Source of the DNA: Enterobacter phage fGh-Ecl02
Strand: one strand, 5' to 3'
Sequence record: ON212266.1
DNA length: 64,000 nucleotides
In this document: piece after piece, positions 53,503 to 62,915 of the stretch
How the letters are laid out: the number at the start of each line of letters is the position of its first letter
How positions within the stretch are numbered: the stretch's first letter is position 1
The notes under the pieces: model-generated
Database searches by the model: none
What the model was told of the DNA's origin: nothing
Seen by the model: only the letters and a program-made list of their open reading frames with translations
Translations under genes and position numbers: made by a program

Positions 53503-55221
53503 GTGACAGCATTCAACCAATATACCAAGGCGCTTGACGGCGTCGGACCAGTCAGCATAGACCGCATCAAGTCTCTTGCCACTGAGTTCTTCCCGTATGA
53601 CACCGCCAACCCCGGCCAGATGGAATGCATCGTTGAAGCCATTGATGCCCTTGTGAATAAGAAATTCAAACACGTGATCATCGAGGCTCCGACTGGTGTG
53701 GGTAAATCCCTCATTGGCACAACCATCCATAACGTTCTTCGCCATCTGGTTCTTGAGCACAACCCGTATGGTCAGTTCCGCACGTCTATCACGACGCCGA
53801 CCAAAGGTTTGCAGGATCAGTATGCAGCAGAGAAAGCCGTGGCAATAGACATCCTGAAGGGCAAGAAGAACTACCGTTGCCACATCAGTCCCGACCTATA
53901 CTACAACGCCATTCAGTGCCGTATGGCATGCCGTGATGGCCACTGTAGTAAGAATCGTTGCCCATATGTTCAGGCGCGTCGACAGTGGACCGACGTCTCC
54001 TCCCTGCGCTGCACCAACGCCGCCATGATGGTGGAGATGTGTACGACGATTTGTATGAAGCCGGAAAACCGTGCCGATATGCTGATCCTTGACGAGTGTC
54101 ATAAAATGCCCTCTACGCTCCTAGAGCATACTATCATGGAATACAACATAAAGGCTGTGGAAGGGTTACTTACGATCCCCGAGGGAGTGCCTATCGTGGA
54201 GACCATCAAGGATATCATCATCCGCACAGAGAACTATGAATTGGGCAAGCTGTATTCCCTGTCTGGTGAGATGCATGCGATATTTGATGAACTACACGGC
54301 AAGGTTGAAGCCCTGTTGGAAACTCTTGAGGAACTGGTAGAGGACGAGCGCCTGACTGAAGCCCAGGTGATGAAGCTGTCTGATATTATTGATAATCTTC
54401 ACAACCTCAGCGACTACTGTGGTATCATGGGGCAGACCAACGCCAGCACTTTCATCGTACAGGAGAAGGACAAGGGTATGATTCAGTTCAAGCCTGTCAT
54501 CGCCTCTGATGTATCCCAGTTCGGCCTGTTCCGCAAGGGTGACTACCACGTTCACATGTCGGCTACCATTTGTGGGATTGACTCGTACGCCCGGTCACTG
54601 GGTATCCGCGAGGGTGAGTACCACAAGATACAGATCGGCAACCCTATCCCGATTGAGAACCGGAAAGTCAACTACATGCCCATCATGAAGATGACAGCGA
54701 ACATGGGTGACTACGAGATGAAGAAGCTGGCTGAATACGTGGATGAAATTATCGCGTTCCACCCTGGGCAGTCTGGCATCATTCACACAGTCAGTTATGA
54801 CCGCGCCCTGGCTCTACAAAAGTTCAGTAAGTACCGGAATATGATTCACGTTCCTCGTACCCGTAAGGCTCTGATGGACATCATGGAACATGCGTTCAGG
54901 ACGAAGACGCCTTGTGTCATCGCCAGTCCGGCCATGGAAGAGGGGTATGACTTCAAAGGCGATTATAGTCGATTTCAGATCTTGATCAAGGTGCCATACG
55001 ATTACCTTGGTGATCCTCTGGTGGCCCACGTCAACAGTGTGGACCCATCGGCGTACTTCAGGATGGCGGTACTGCGTATCGTTCAGATGTGTGGGCGTTC
55101 GGTCAGGGGCGTGAATGACTGGGCTGCGACGTACATCCTTGATTCTTCTTTTGAATCACTGATGATGCGCAACCCAGAGTTCTTCCCCGCTTGGTTCACT
55201 GATGCCGTGTTTGAGGTTTAG
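53503..55221 (+). CDS. DinG/Rad3(XPD)-like SF2 helicase with Fe-S cluster cysteines
   Basis: GTG start with SD AGGAGG. IIEAPTGVGKSL (motif I), ILDECHKM (DEAH box). Four Cys in CRMACRDGHCSKNRCPY between motifs I and II. Confidence 0.7.
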   Translation: MTAFNQYTKALDGVGPVSIDRIKSLATEFFPYDTANPGQMECIVEAIDALVNKKFKHVIIEAPTGVGKSLIGTTIHNVLRHLVLEHNPYGQFRTSITTPTKGLQDQYAAEKAVAIDILKGKKNYRCHISPDLYYNAIQCRMACRDGHCSKNRCPYVQARRQWTDVSSLRCTNAAMMVEMCTTICMKPENRADMLILDECHKMPSTLLEHTIMEYNIKAVEGLLTIPEGVPIVETIKDIIIRTENYELGKLYSLSGEMHAIFDELHGKVEALLETLEELVEDERLTEAQVMKLSDIIDNLHNLSDYCGIMGQTNASTFIVQEKDKGMIQFKPVIASDVSQFGLFRKGDYHVHMSATICGIDSYARSLGIREGEYHKIQIGNPIPIENRKVNYMPIMKMTANMGDYEMKKLAEYVDEIIAFHPGQSGIIHTVSYDRALALQKFSKYRNMIHVPRTRKALMDIMEHAFRTKTPCVIASPAMEEGYDFKGDYSRFQILIKVPYDYLGDPLVAHVNSVDPSAYFRMAVLRIVQMCGRSVRGVNDWAATYILDSSFESLMMRNPEFFPAWFTDAVFEV

Positions 55222-55985
55222 TAACCCGCAACGAAGGACAGATGGCACTTGACATTCGGTTCCAACGACGTCACAGAAACCGTCATATTGTCCGTATCTT
55301 GGCTGAAGTCAATGGTGGCGAGAGGTTTGGTCTGAATATGGTTGTATACACTGTAGATCAGATCCTCGCCACGATACCCTACCTTCCCGTCTGTGTCTTG
55401 CCAATGACCCAGTGTCTCATCGTAGACATGCACTCTGAACTCGATCATATGGAAGAGTGCCTTGGGGATGTCCTTGAGTACGCTGGTGCCAACCACGGGA
55501 ATCTCTATGCTGGAATCATTGGAGTTCCCTTCATAGACCGAAGCCCATGCAAAGGTAGGATCACCCCCAGCAACAGGGGTTCGCTTCCAGTATTGGAATT
55601 CTGGGTTGCCTGAAGCGTTCTTCTGAAGTAGAATGACCTCACCACCTTTGAAGTTCGAAGTATCGATGTCGCCTCGCTGAAGTTCATCTGCTGGAGATCC
55701 AATAAATTTCCAACCTTCGCGATCCAGTAAAGACTTATAATAGTCGGTGAACACGTTGCTGTCTTCTGCATCGTTGATGGCATCTTTGAGACCTTGGCCT
55801 GTCACCATCTCGTTGAGCTTCAACCACATGTTCTTGACAGCAGAAGCTGCTGCGACTTGTCCAGCAGTCCCACCTGCAGCATAATCATAGATGATATCTT
55901 CTGACTTGATAGCATCATAGATAGAGAGGAGCAATTGCTCAATCTGCGGGGCGGTGAGACTGAAACGATATGCGCGGGGTGCCAT
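55218..55985 (-). CDS. Hypothetical protein (255 aa) on the opposite strand
   Basis: Minus-strand ATG 55983-55985 with SD AAGAGGA (spacing 8). The longer table ORF to 56144 has no SD. Divergent from the RNase H gene. Confidence 0.5.
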   Translation of the reverse strand: MAPRAYRFSLTAPQIEQLLLSIYDAIKSEDIIYDYAAGGTAGQVAAASAVKNMWLKLNEMVTGQGLKDAINDAEDSNVFTDYYKSLLDREGWKFIGSPADELQRGDIDTSNFKGGEVILLQKNASGNPEFQYWKRTPVAGGDPTFAWASVYEGNSNDSSIEIPVVGTSVLKDIPKALFHMIEFRVHVYDETLGHWQDTDGKVGYRGEDLIYSVYNHIQTKPLATIDFSQDTDNMTVSVTSLEPNVKCHLSFVAGY

Positions 55986-56030
55986 AGTTTCATTCCTCTT
56001 TCTATAAAACCAGTTTGGGATATTTATATC

Positions 56031-56558
56031 ATGATAGAAATTTATTCTGACGGGGGTTCTAACCCGAAGACCAACCAGGCCGCAGGCTGGGCATTTGTCA
56101 TCAGGCCAATAACGGGTATGCAATGGAAGGTGTTCTTCGGCCATCTACCTCCCCCGTCCACTAACAATATCGCCGAGTTGTTGGGTGTGACCAACGCATT
56201 GAAGCTGCTGTGGGCATTCTCAGGAAAGGGTGAGCGCAGAATACCAAAGGCAACAATTTGGTCTGACAGCCAATATGCCATCAAGAGTGTCACCGAATGG
56301 CGAACGAAGTGGGAGTATCAGGGTTTCCCAGAAAAGAACGTTGAACTCATCAAAGAACTGTTCAGAATCTATGATCTCGTTTGTTCAATTTGTGATGTTG
56401 AACTAAAATGGGTTAAGGGTCATGCGGGGCACGAAGGCAACGAACTTGCCGATGACTGGGCCACAGCAGCCAAAAACGACAGCAACTTCCTGATTGAGAA
56501 TGACAAGATCTCGGTGAAGAAGGTTGTTGGATCTTTTGATGAATTTATCGGTATCTGA
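56031..56558 (+). CDS. rnhA: Ribonuclease HI (RnhA-type)
   Basis: IEIYSDGGS..TNNIAELLGVTNALK..IWSDSQYAI..WVKGHAGHEGNELADDWA reproduces the RNase H catalytic D-E-D-D motifs. Confidence 0.8.
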   Translation: MIEIYSDGGSNPKTNQAAGWAFVIRPITGMQWKVFFGHLPPPSTNNIAELLGVTNALKLLWAFSGKGERRIPKATIWSDSQYAIKSVTEWRTKWEYQGFPEKNVELIKELFRIYDLVCSICDVELKWVKGHAGHEGNELADDWATAAKNDSNFLIENDKISVKKVVGSFDEFIGI

Positions 56559-56569
56559 GGGCTATCATA

Positions 56570-57361
56570 ATGGGAATGAACTTCGTGGACAGAGGGGAGA
56601 ATGTCGTCAAATATTTCACAGACGAAGATAACGAGCGTGTCATCAGCATCCTGCGTGATTGGATCCCTGCTCGTAAGAAGGCTCTGGCTGAAGGCACCAG
56701 GCTTCCAAAGATCCCCAACTATGTTGCTCTACAGGTCCAGCGCATCATCACCAAGATGAGCACCCGCTACAACTATCGCGACTATCCCTTCCGTGAAGAC
56801 ATGGTCTCTGAAGCAATAGTCAACATATTGCGCTACCTCCACACATTTGACGTCGAACACATTGGAAAGAAAGGGAAGATCAACTTCTTCTCTTGGGTGA
56901 CCATGTGTGCTGATCGATCATTCGCTCGTAAACTGAATATCGAAGAAGAACACACGTACATCAAATTGCGCTCATTTGAAGAGGCGGGTGGGTTCGCAGG
57001 CCTGGCAGACGATCCCGACTTCAAACAAGAGATCTTTGTTGACGCGACAGGGATTGGCATGGACTTCCGTGAACGTATCGGTAACTTTGAGAACAAAAAG
57101 GACGCTCAAAGGCAGAAGGAACGAGAGAAGGTGGAGGCAGCTCGTCTCGCAGAATCGAATAAAAAGATTGCGAAAGGCATACTTCAATACATGGCGCAGG
57201 CTAAGAATACGGTAACAGCGCAGGCCGAAGACAATTCAGATCAGGACTTCGGCAAAACCCAATTCAATCTGGAAGATGATATCTGTGCGATGGAACCAGA
57301 TTGGGAAGCCCTCAAACAAAGATTAGAAGAACGGGAGAAAAAGAACAATGGCGATTGCTAA
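56570..57361 (+). CDS. 55: Late sigma factor gp55 homologue with a C-terminal extension
   Basis: RYNYRDYPFREDMVSEAIVNILRYLHTFDVEH..FFSWVTMCADRSFARKL parallels T4 gp55 [52 protein letters not shown]. 263 aa versus 185 in T4. Confidence 0.7.
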   Translation: MGMNFVDRGENVVKYFTDEDNERVISILRDWIPARKKALAEGTRLPKIPNYVALQVQRIITKMSTRYNYRDYPFREDMVSEAIVNILRYLHTFDVEHIGKKGKINFFSWVTMCADRSFARKLNIEEEHTYIKLRSFEEAGGFAGLADDPDFKQEIFVDATGIGMDFRERIGNFENKKDAQRQKEREKVEAARLAESNKKIAKGILQYMAQAKNTVTAQAEDNSDQDFGKTQFNLEDDICAMEPDWEALKQRLEEREKKNNGDC

Positions 57362-58463
57362 AATTGGCGATCTGCATATCGGGAGCCGTAATGGTTCTCG
57401 ATACGTTCGCGACTTCATCAAGAACTATCTCATCAATTATTTCATTCCTGAACTTGCCGACTCTGATATCAAAGAGGTCTGGCAGTTCGGTGATATGTTT
57501 GATGTCCGCAAATTCATGTACGGTCGTGACAAAGACTGGCTGAAGGATGAACTCACTCCTGCGCTGAAAGCCGCTGGTATCAAGTGGAACGGCATCGTGG
57601 GCAACCATGACATCACCCTGGAAGAGTCCAACCGCATCAACTGGCCGTCCTATCTGAATGAACTCGATCCTGATGTCTACTGCTATTACAGCGAGCCGAC
57701 CGAGGTGATGATCGAGGGTGTCAAGACTCTGTTGTTGCCTTGGATCAACAAGGAGAACTATGATGCGTCTATTAAAGCGATACAAGATACAGACGCCGAG
57801 TACTGTTTTGCGCATCTGGAGCTGGCGGGGTTCAAAATGTACCAGTCTTCTACTTGTGATCACGGTCAGATAGACGTTGCGCTGCTTTCCAAGTTTACCA
57901 GGGTCGACACGGGCCATTTCCATACCCGTTCGATGGAAGGTAACATTCAATATATTGGGACTCCGTATCACCTGAACTGGGAAGACTACAAAGACGGCAC
58001 CAATCGTGGCTTCTATGTGGACGACATGCGCGGCGGTGAGGTCTTTATCCCGAACGCCGAGAATCAGACGCTGTTCCGCTATGTGGAATATGATTACACC
58101 AAGTTGTCCTCCGATGAAGAAGGCAATTGGATAGACCCGGAATGGTTGAACACAGGCTTGGGTATTGAAGGGCAAATCGTTAAGGTTATTGTACAGAACC
58201 GCGACAATGCTAAGCATTATGAAAAGTTCTGTGATGCCATGAAGCGCTGCAAGTGCATTGACTACAACTTCATCGACCGGACGATTACTGTTGCTGCCGA
58301 GAAGGTTGAGGTCACCGAAGAGATGGTGGCAACCGATGCGGTGGAAGTCCTAAAGAAGGATATCCGCGCCGGGAACAACATCCAGCGCCCTGAAAACGTC
58401 TGCAAGCTGGCAGAGCACTTCTACAACGCTGCCCAACAACGCCTGAATACACTGGATGCATAA
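57348..58463 (+). CDS. 47: Recombination nuclease gp47 (Mre11/SbcD-like)
   Basis: KIGDLHIG..QFGDMFD..GIVGNHD..GHFH match T4 gp47 NLGDWHLG..QYGDIFD..TIVGNHD..GHFH. Confidence 0.85.
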   Translation: MAIAKIGDLHIGSRNGSRYVRDFIKNYLINYFIPELADSDIKEVWQFGDMFDVRKFMYGRDKDWLKDELTPALKAAGIKWNGIVGNHDITLEESNRINWPSYLNELDPDVYCYYSEPTEVMIEGVKTLLLPWINKENYDASIKAIQDTDAEYCFAHLELAGFKMYQSSTCDHGQIDVALLSKFTRVDTGHFHTRSMEGNIQYIGTPYHLNWEDYKDGTNRGFYVDDMRGGEVFIPNAENQTLFRYVEYDYTKLSSDEEGNWIDPEWLNTGLGIEGQIVKVIVQNRDNAKHYEKFCDAMKRCKCIDYNFIDRTITVAAEKVEVTEEMVATDAVEVLKKDIRAGNNIQRPENVCKLAEHFYNAAQQRLNTLDA

Positions 58464-58464
58464 C

Positions 58465-60801
58465 ATGACTCAAAGTACAGATATCCTGGCCAAATTTGGC
58501 AATCTTTTGAAGGAAGCTGACGCCCCGGTAGAGGTGGAAGTCCCATTTGAAGTGCGTGATAACGTTACGCACAAACTAACTTTCCGCAAAGGCCGCGCTA
58601 AAAACTTCCGTTCCATCGGCAATCAGTTCATGGAGATTGATTATCAGCGCAACCCAGCCACCCTTGTCACGTCTGATGACAACGGCGCGGGTAAATCCAC
58701 GATGTTGGTATGGCTGCTGTTCTTCGTACTGTACAACACCACGTACAGTAAGAAGGAGAAGAAGGCAGGCCTGGTTAACTCACAAAGCCGCAAGGAATGT
58801 GTGGGTGAGGTAGAGTTTGCCTGTCGTGGTAGTGAATGGAAAGTTCGCCGGGGCATCAAGCCCGACTTTGTTGAAGTCTACCAGATGGTAGACGGTAAGT
58901 GGTTGCAGATAGATAACGAAGCAGCCAAGGCCGACATGAACAAGTACATCGTGAACCTCATCGGTGTAGACCAGAAGATGTTTGAGAACTCTCTGGTGCT
59001 GGGTAAAGAGAAGTTCATTCCGTTTACGGAGATGTACACTGCCGACCGTCGCGCCATGGTGGAGACAATTTGGGACTTGGGCTTCTTCAGCCTGATGAAC
59101 GAAGATGTCAAGGCCGCCATCAAAAAGGCAAATGCAACTCTGGACTCCATATCTAACGAATGCGCACTGAAGGTTATTGACCACACCAACAAGAAGACGC
59201 AGCTTCAGCAGATCGAACAATCCAACGCCCTGATCCAACAGCAGTCGGCCGATATCCTTGTACAGCAACAGGAAGCCCTGAATTCCCTAGATGCTGACAT
59301 CGCTTCCCAGAACGAAGAGCGCACCCGCCTCACTGCGGTTGAGTTCGAAGCCACCCAGGAAATGAAGACGGTGGAAAGCCGCCTGCATGATGAATCAATG
59401 GTGGAGATCGAGGCTATCAAGAAAGACTTTGATGCCAAGATCCAGGCGGTGAAGAATGCCGCTCAGGAAAAGGCCGATGATTATGAGCGTATCGAAGTGT
59501 CTATTGCGGAGCATGATCTTCAGGTCTTGCGTGACCGTGCCTTTACAGTGGCCGAAAGCAAGAACACTCTGATCACCGAGCGCAACACAAACCTGGACGC
59601 CCTGAACGCTGCTATCCAGCGCCGCCAGCAGGGTGAGAACTTCCGCATCAAGTTCCAGACCGAAATGGATGGACATCAGTCGGCCATCAAGCGCTTCCAC
59701 GACATGGGGACTTGTCCAACATGCACCCAACTGGTGTCCGACGATACCAAGGCACGTATTGAAAGCGAGTACAATCCTCAGATTCAGGAACTGCAATCGA
59801 AGTTAGATCAACTGGACAAAGTTACCGCCGATATCAATGTCCTGATCGATGATCACAAGGCTCAGGACGATAAGTTGGTTGCTGACATTGCTGTGTTGGA
59901 TGCTGAATTGGATGCAATGCGCAAGCAGGCCGACGAAATCGTTGACAACATCAAGCAGCTGCGCCGTGATATTCAGGGGTTCCATGACGCCGCCACGATT
60001 GAATGCAACTCCCTGAACCGTGAATGCCAACAGAAGATCCTTGACATCCGCAAGGCGCTGAATGTTCGTTTTGAAGATATCACTGCGTCGCTGCAACAGA
60101 CGCGAGAGAATGCCGTCAGCGGGATTAAAGCCGTCGATGATAAGATCGCCGAGCTGAAAGCTCGTCGTGCTCCTCTCGTGGCGTCTATTGCCGATCTGGA
60201 GCGCAAACTGGCTGTACAACCAACACCCACCACCGACCTAGAGAACTCTATCACTGTGTTGGAGGGTGAACTAGAGGATCTATACCAGCGCCGCGAGGAT
60301 GCCGACCAGGAACTCCAGGACTTACAGCACCTGCTGTTCTTCTTGAAAGATGACCAGACCAAGGCGCGTATCATCGCCCTGTATCTGCCATTCCTCAATA
60401 GCAAGATCAACGAGTATCTTGAAGCCCTCAACATGTTCTTGGACATCGTTGTTGACGATACCTTTGAGATCACCATGAGCGCAGCAGGTCGCAAAGGACA
60501 GAGTATATTCTCCCTGTCTACTGGCCAGCGCAGTCGTCTGAACCTGGCGGTGACATTAGCTCTGCGCGATGTAGCTAACCTCAAGGCGTCTGTACAATGT
60601 AACCTGTTCGTTCTGGACGAGATCCTTGAGAACATGAGCGAGCGCGGGGTGCAGGAATCGGTTGAGATGTTGAAGCATAAGTTCGGCGGGAACAACCTGT
60701 TTGTTATTAGCCAGCGCGAACAGGAGTTCCAAGAATACTTCCAACACAACATTCGCTACGGCCTGCGAAACGGCCTGACTGAAGTTATCAAGAAGGATTG
60801 A
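58465..60801 (+). CDS. 46: Recombination ATPase gp46 (Rad50/SbcC-like)
   Basis: N-terminal Walker A DNGAGKSTMLVWLLFF, long coiled coil with a CPTC zinc hook, C-terminal LFVLDEILE (Walker B / D-loop). The table ORF starts at 58456, overlapping the gp47 stop. Confidence 0.85.
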   Translation: MTQSTDILAKFGNLLKEADAPVEVEVPFEVRDNVTHKLTFRKGRAKNFRSIGNQFMEIDYQRNPATLVTSDDNGAGKSTMLVWLLFFVLYNTTYSKKEKKAGLVNSQSRKECVGEVEFACRGSEWKVRRGIKPDFVEVYQMVDGKWLQIDNEAAKADMNKYIVNLIGVDQKMFENSLVLGKEKFIPFTEMYTADRRAMVETIWDLGFFSLMNEDVKAAIKKANATLDSISNECALKVIDHTNKKTQLQQIEQSNALIQQQSADILVQQQEALNSLDADIASQNEERTRLTAVEFEATQEMKTVESRLHDESMVEIEAIKKDFDAKIQAVKNAAQEKADDYERIEVSIAEHDLQVLRDRAFTVAESKNTLITERNTNLDALNAAIQRRQQGENFRIKFQTEMDGHQSAIKRFHDMGTCPTCTQLVSDDTKARIESEYNPQIQELQSKLDQLDKVTADINVLIDDHKAQDDKLVADIAVLDAELDAMRKQADEIVDNIKQLRRDIQGFHDAATIECNSLNRECQQKILDIRKALNVRFEDITASLQQTRENAVSGIKAVDDKIAELKARRAPLVASIADLERKLAVQPTPTTDLENSITVLEGELEDLYQRREDADQELQDLQHLLFFLKDDQTKARIIALYLPFLNSKINEYLEALNMFLDIVVDDTFEITMSAAGRKGQSIFSLSTGQRSRLNLAVTLALRDVANLKASVQCNLFVLDEILENMSERGVQESVEMLKHKFGGNNLFVISQREQEFQEYFQHNIRYGLRNGLTEVIKKD

Positions 60802-60803
60802 TC

Positions 60804-60968
60804 ATGAACTACGAACAAATTAAACTCGCAATACTGATCTTTGCATGCATCATTGACATCGTTGCATTTTCTCGTGAAGTCGAAAGGAAAAACTACCTGA
60901 AATCACTGGGATATCTCGGGTTCTCTGTCTGGTTCTGTTATCTACTTGCAGGTCAAATCCTGAAATGA
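60804..60968 (+). CDS. Small membrane protein (54 aa), absent from the ORF table because it is under 60 aa
   Basis: ATG 3 nt after the gp46 stop. Two hydrophobic segments. Stop overlaps the next start (ATGA). Confidence 0.35.
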   Translation: MNYEQIKLAILIFACIIDIVAFSREVERKNYLKSLGYLGFSVWFCYLLAGQILK

Positions 60969-61294
60969 AAGTCGTACACTTCAAGAAGGAGCCATATGAC
61001 GTCTACATTGGTCGGCCTGGTAAATGGGGGAACCCGTTTGAGGTCAAAGACCATGGACGAGGCGTCTGTATCGAACTGTTTGAGGACGTCCTGTATGTGC
61101 GCCTGATTGAAGGGGATATCACTGAGGATGAACTCCTTGATCTTGACGGGAAGGTATTGGGGTGCTGGTGTAAGCCGCGCCCCTGCCACGGAGATGTTTA
61201 CGTCAAAGTCGTCGGGCGTATTAAACTATTCCGCAAGCTGGGTAAATCCTTTACCGAACATCTGAGACAAACGTATGTCAGAAAACAAAGATGA
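60965..61294 (+). CDS. DUF4326-family protein
   Basis: YIGRPGKWGNPF...GCWCKPRPCHGDV is the characteristic signature of that phage-associated family. Confidence 0.55.
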   Translation: MKVVHFKKEPYDVYIGRPGKWGNPFEVKDHGRGVCIELFEDVLYVRLIEGDITEDELLDLDGKVLGCWCKPRPCHGDVYVKVVGRIKLFRKLGKSFTEHLRQTYVRKQR

Positions 61295-61559
61295 AATTCA
61301 GGAATCCTGTGACATTGCTGTGGAGATATGGAATCGCAGGAATCCTCATTACCAAGTAACCGTCACTCCGAATCGTTATCTTGAGCAGGGCGGCCTGATT
61401 GTGGTTGATGCTGTACTCGCTTTCAACAAGTACCAAGATATGCAGATCCTGGACGGCAACTTTACCGTCGCGACCAAGACGGCATGGGATGACCCTCTAC
61501 AGTTCGTCTATGGCTGGCTGGAGTGTATCGAGGAATCCTACCACCTCATCTACGAATGA
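61275..61559 (+). CDS. Hypothetical protein (94 aa)
   Basis: ORF overlapping the previous gene by 20 nt. Terminator hairpin downstream (61566-61598). Confidence 0.4.
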   Translation: MSENKDEIQESCDIAVEIWNRRNPHYQVTVTPNRYLEQGGLIVVDAVLAFNKYQDMQILDGNFTVATKTAWDDPLQFVYGWLECIEESYHLIYE

Positions 61560-61565
61560 GGCTGA

Positions 61566-61598
61566 AGGGCACTAAATACCACGTGCCCTTTATCTTTT
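61566..61598 (+). promoter_or_regulatory. Terminator hairpin whose loop carries the late-promoter-like box
   Basis: AAGGGCAC-taaataccac-GTGCCCTT followed by TATCTTTT. Box ACTAAATACC in the loop. Confidence 0.4.
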
Positions 61599-61656
61599 AA
61601 CCCCTGTCAGGAGGCTCAAGCGAGCTGCAAGTCGACAAAACATAAGGAACGCCATC

Positions 61657-62271
61657 ATGACGATGACAACGTTGAAGGCCATGGCCTTGTCCGTGACCTT
61701 TACCATTGCCAGCGGGAATGTGCACGCTTCCCAAAGTACCACCCAATGTGATTATAATTTCTCCGAGCAACAACTTAATACGTTGGCAACCGCCTATCAC
61801 GTAGGCAAGACACAAGACCTTGGTTACACCCTGGCTGCCATATCCTGGCGAGAGAGCCGCGCTGGTGAAGATGTAGTGTCAATGCGATACGATCTCAAGG
61901 CGGCCAACATGGGAGCCTTTCAGAACAAGGTGAAGACAGTTGGTGATCGCGAAGGTTGTAAGAATCGCAAGTGCTATGCCAATGTCGCCATAAAGTTGCT
62001 GACCGACCAAGAATATGCCGCGCAAGCCGCCCTCGATGAGATGCAGTTCTGGCTGACCTATCACAATCAGAATATCCGCAAATCCCTCTCCTCTTACAAT
62101 GCTGGCTTCGCCCGTAATCCCGCATCGAACGCTTATGCTGCCGACGTCGTGAAGAAAGCTAAATATCTTCAGAAATGTGTGTCTTTCGAAGGCCGGACCA
62201 TCTCCGAGGTAGATCCTCAGGTGATCGCCATGAACAAGCACACAATAGAGAAACTGAAGAGGACAAGATAA
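61657..62271 (+). CDS. Secreted protein with a possible lytic-transglycosylase (SLT-like) motif
   Basis: Signal peptide MTMTTLKAMALSVTFTIASGNVHA. AISWRESRAG resembles the SLT catalytic ES motif. Late-promoter-like box lies in the upstream terminator loop. Confidence 0.4.
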   Translation: MTMTTLKAMALSVTFTIASGNVHASQSTTQCDYNFSEQQLNTLATAYHVGKTQDLGYTLAAISWRESRAGEDVVSMRYDLKAANMGAFQNKVKTVGDREGCKNRKCYANVAIKLLTDQEYAAQAALDEMQFWLTYHNQNIRKSLSSYNAGFARNPASNAYAADVVKKAKYLQKCVSFEGRTISEVDPQVIAMNKHTIEKLKRTR

Positions 62272-62909
62272 TGAACATCACTCCATCTCAGGCCGGATAT
62301 GAACATATCTTGGTCTTCATTGCTCTACAGGGTGCGAAGGAAGGCATCATCGTATCCGAGTACTCAGGCACGGTTCGCCTTGCCGATTATGTCGCACCAG
62401 AGGCATTTATCAAGAAGTGTATTGACGCATGGTGCCTCTATGCCCTCGGCACGTATCCTGCTCCTCCTGATGGCGAGCTGTTGTTTACTGTGCCGACTCC
62501 GGCTGCTGGCGATACGGACGCGATCTTTGCCGATATGCTGGCCAAGGGGTATCTGGTTTATGACATCACCCACGATGTCTACTCCTTTACTTCGCTGAAC
62601 ACCGTGTTTGGATTCACCATCACATCTGAAGCCAACATCCCTGACTGGGGTATCTTGGCATGGGGTGTTGACGGCCTGGGTGCAACCTACGCATCGTCTG
62701 ACGTCGGTGCAGTTCTGATTGATGAGGGTGTCACCATGGAGCAGTACCTTGCCCAGTTCCCTCAGCACAATATCACAGGCAGCGACATCATTTTGGTCCA
62801 GCCTGGCGCTATCGCTCTCCCCCGTTTGGTGGGTGGATGGAATCCTCGGCTGAAGGATATCATCGCAGGTATTCGATCCCACATTCCGGTTGTGAATCCG
62901 ACGCCGTAA
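62271..62909 (+). CDS. Hypothetical protein (212 aa)
   Basis: Start overlaps the previous stop (TAATG). The table ORF starts at 62175. Confidence 0.45.
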   Translation: MNITPSQAGYEHILVFIALQGAKEGIIVSEYSGTVRLADYVAPEAFIKKCIDAWCLYALGTYPAPPDGELLFTVPTPAAGDTDAIFADMLAKGYLVYDITHDVYSFTSLNTVFGFTITSEANIPDWGILAWGVDGLGATYASSDVGAVLIDEGVTMEQYLAQFPQHNITGSDIILVQPGAIALPRLVGGWNPRLKDIIAGIRSHIPVVNPTP

Positions 62910-62915
62910 AAATAA

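Noticed and set aside
55986-56144. 53-codon N-terminal extension of the minus-strand ORF 55218-56144
   Set aside because: The internal ATG at 55983-55985 has a strong SD (AAGAGGA), whereas the upstream ATG has none and would overlap the RNase H coding region.
59973-60752. 259-aa minus-strand ORF within gp46, and others at 58780-59796
   Set aside because: Antisense to the Rad50-like gene. Ser/Arg-rich low complexity.
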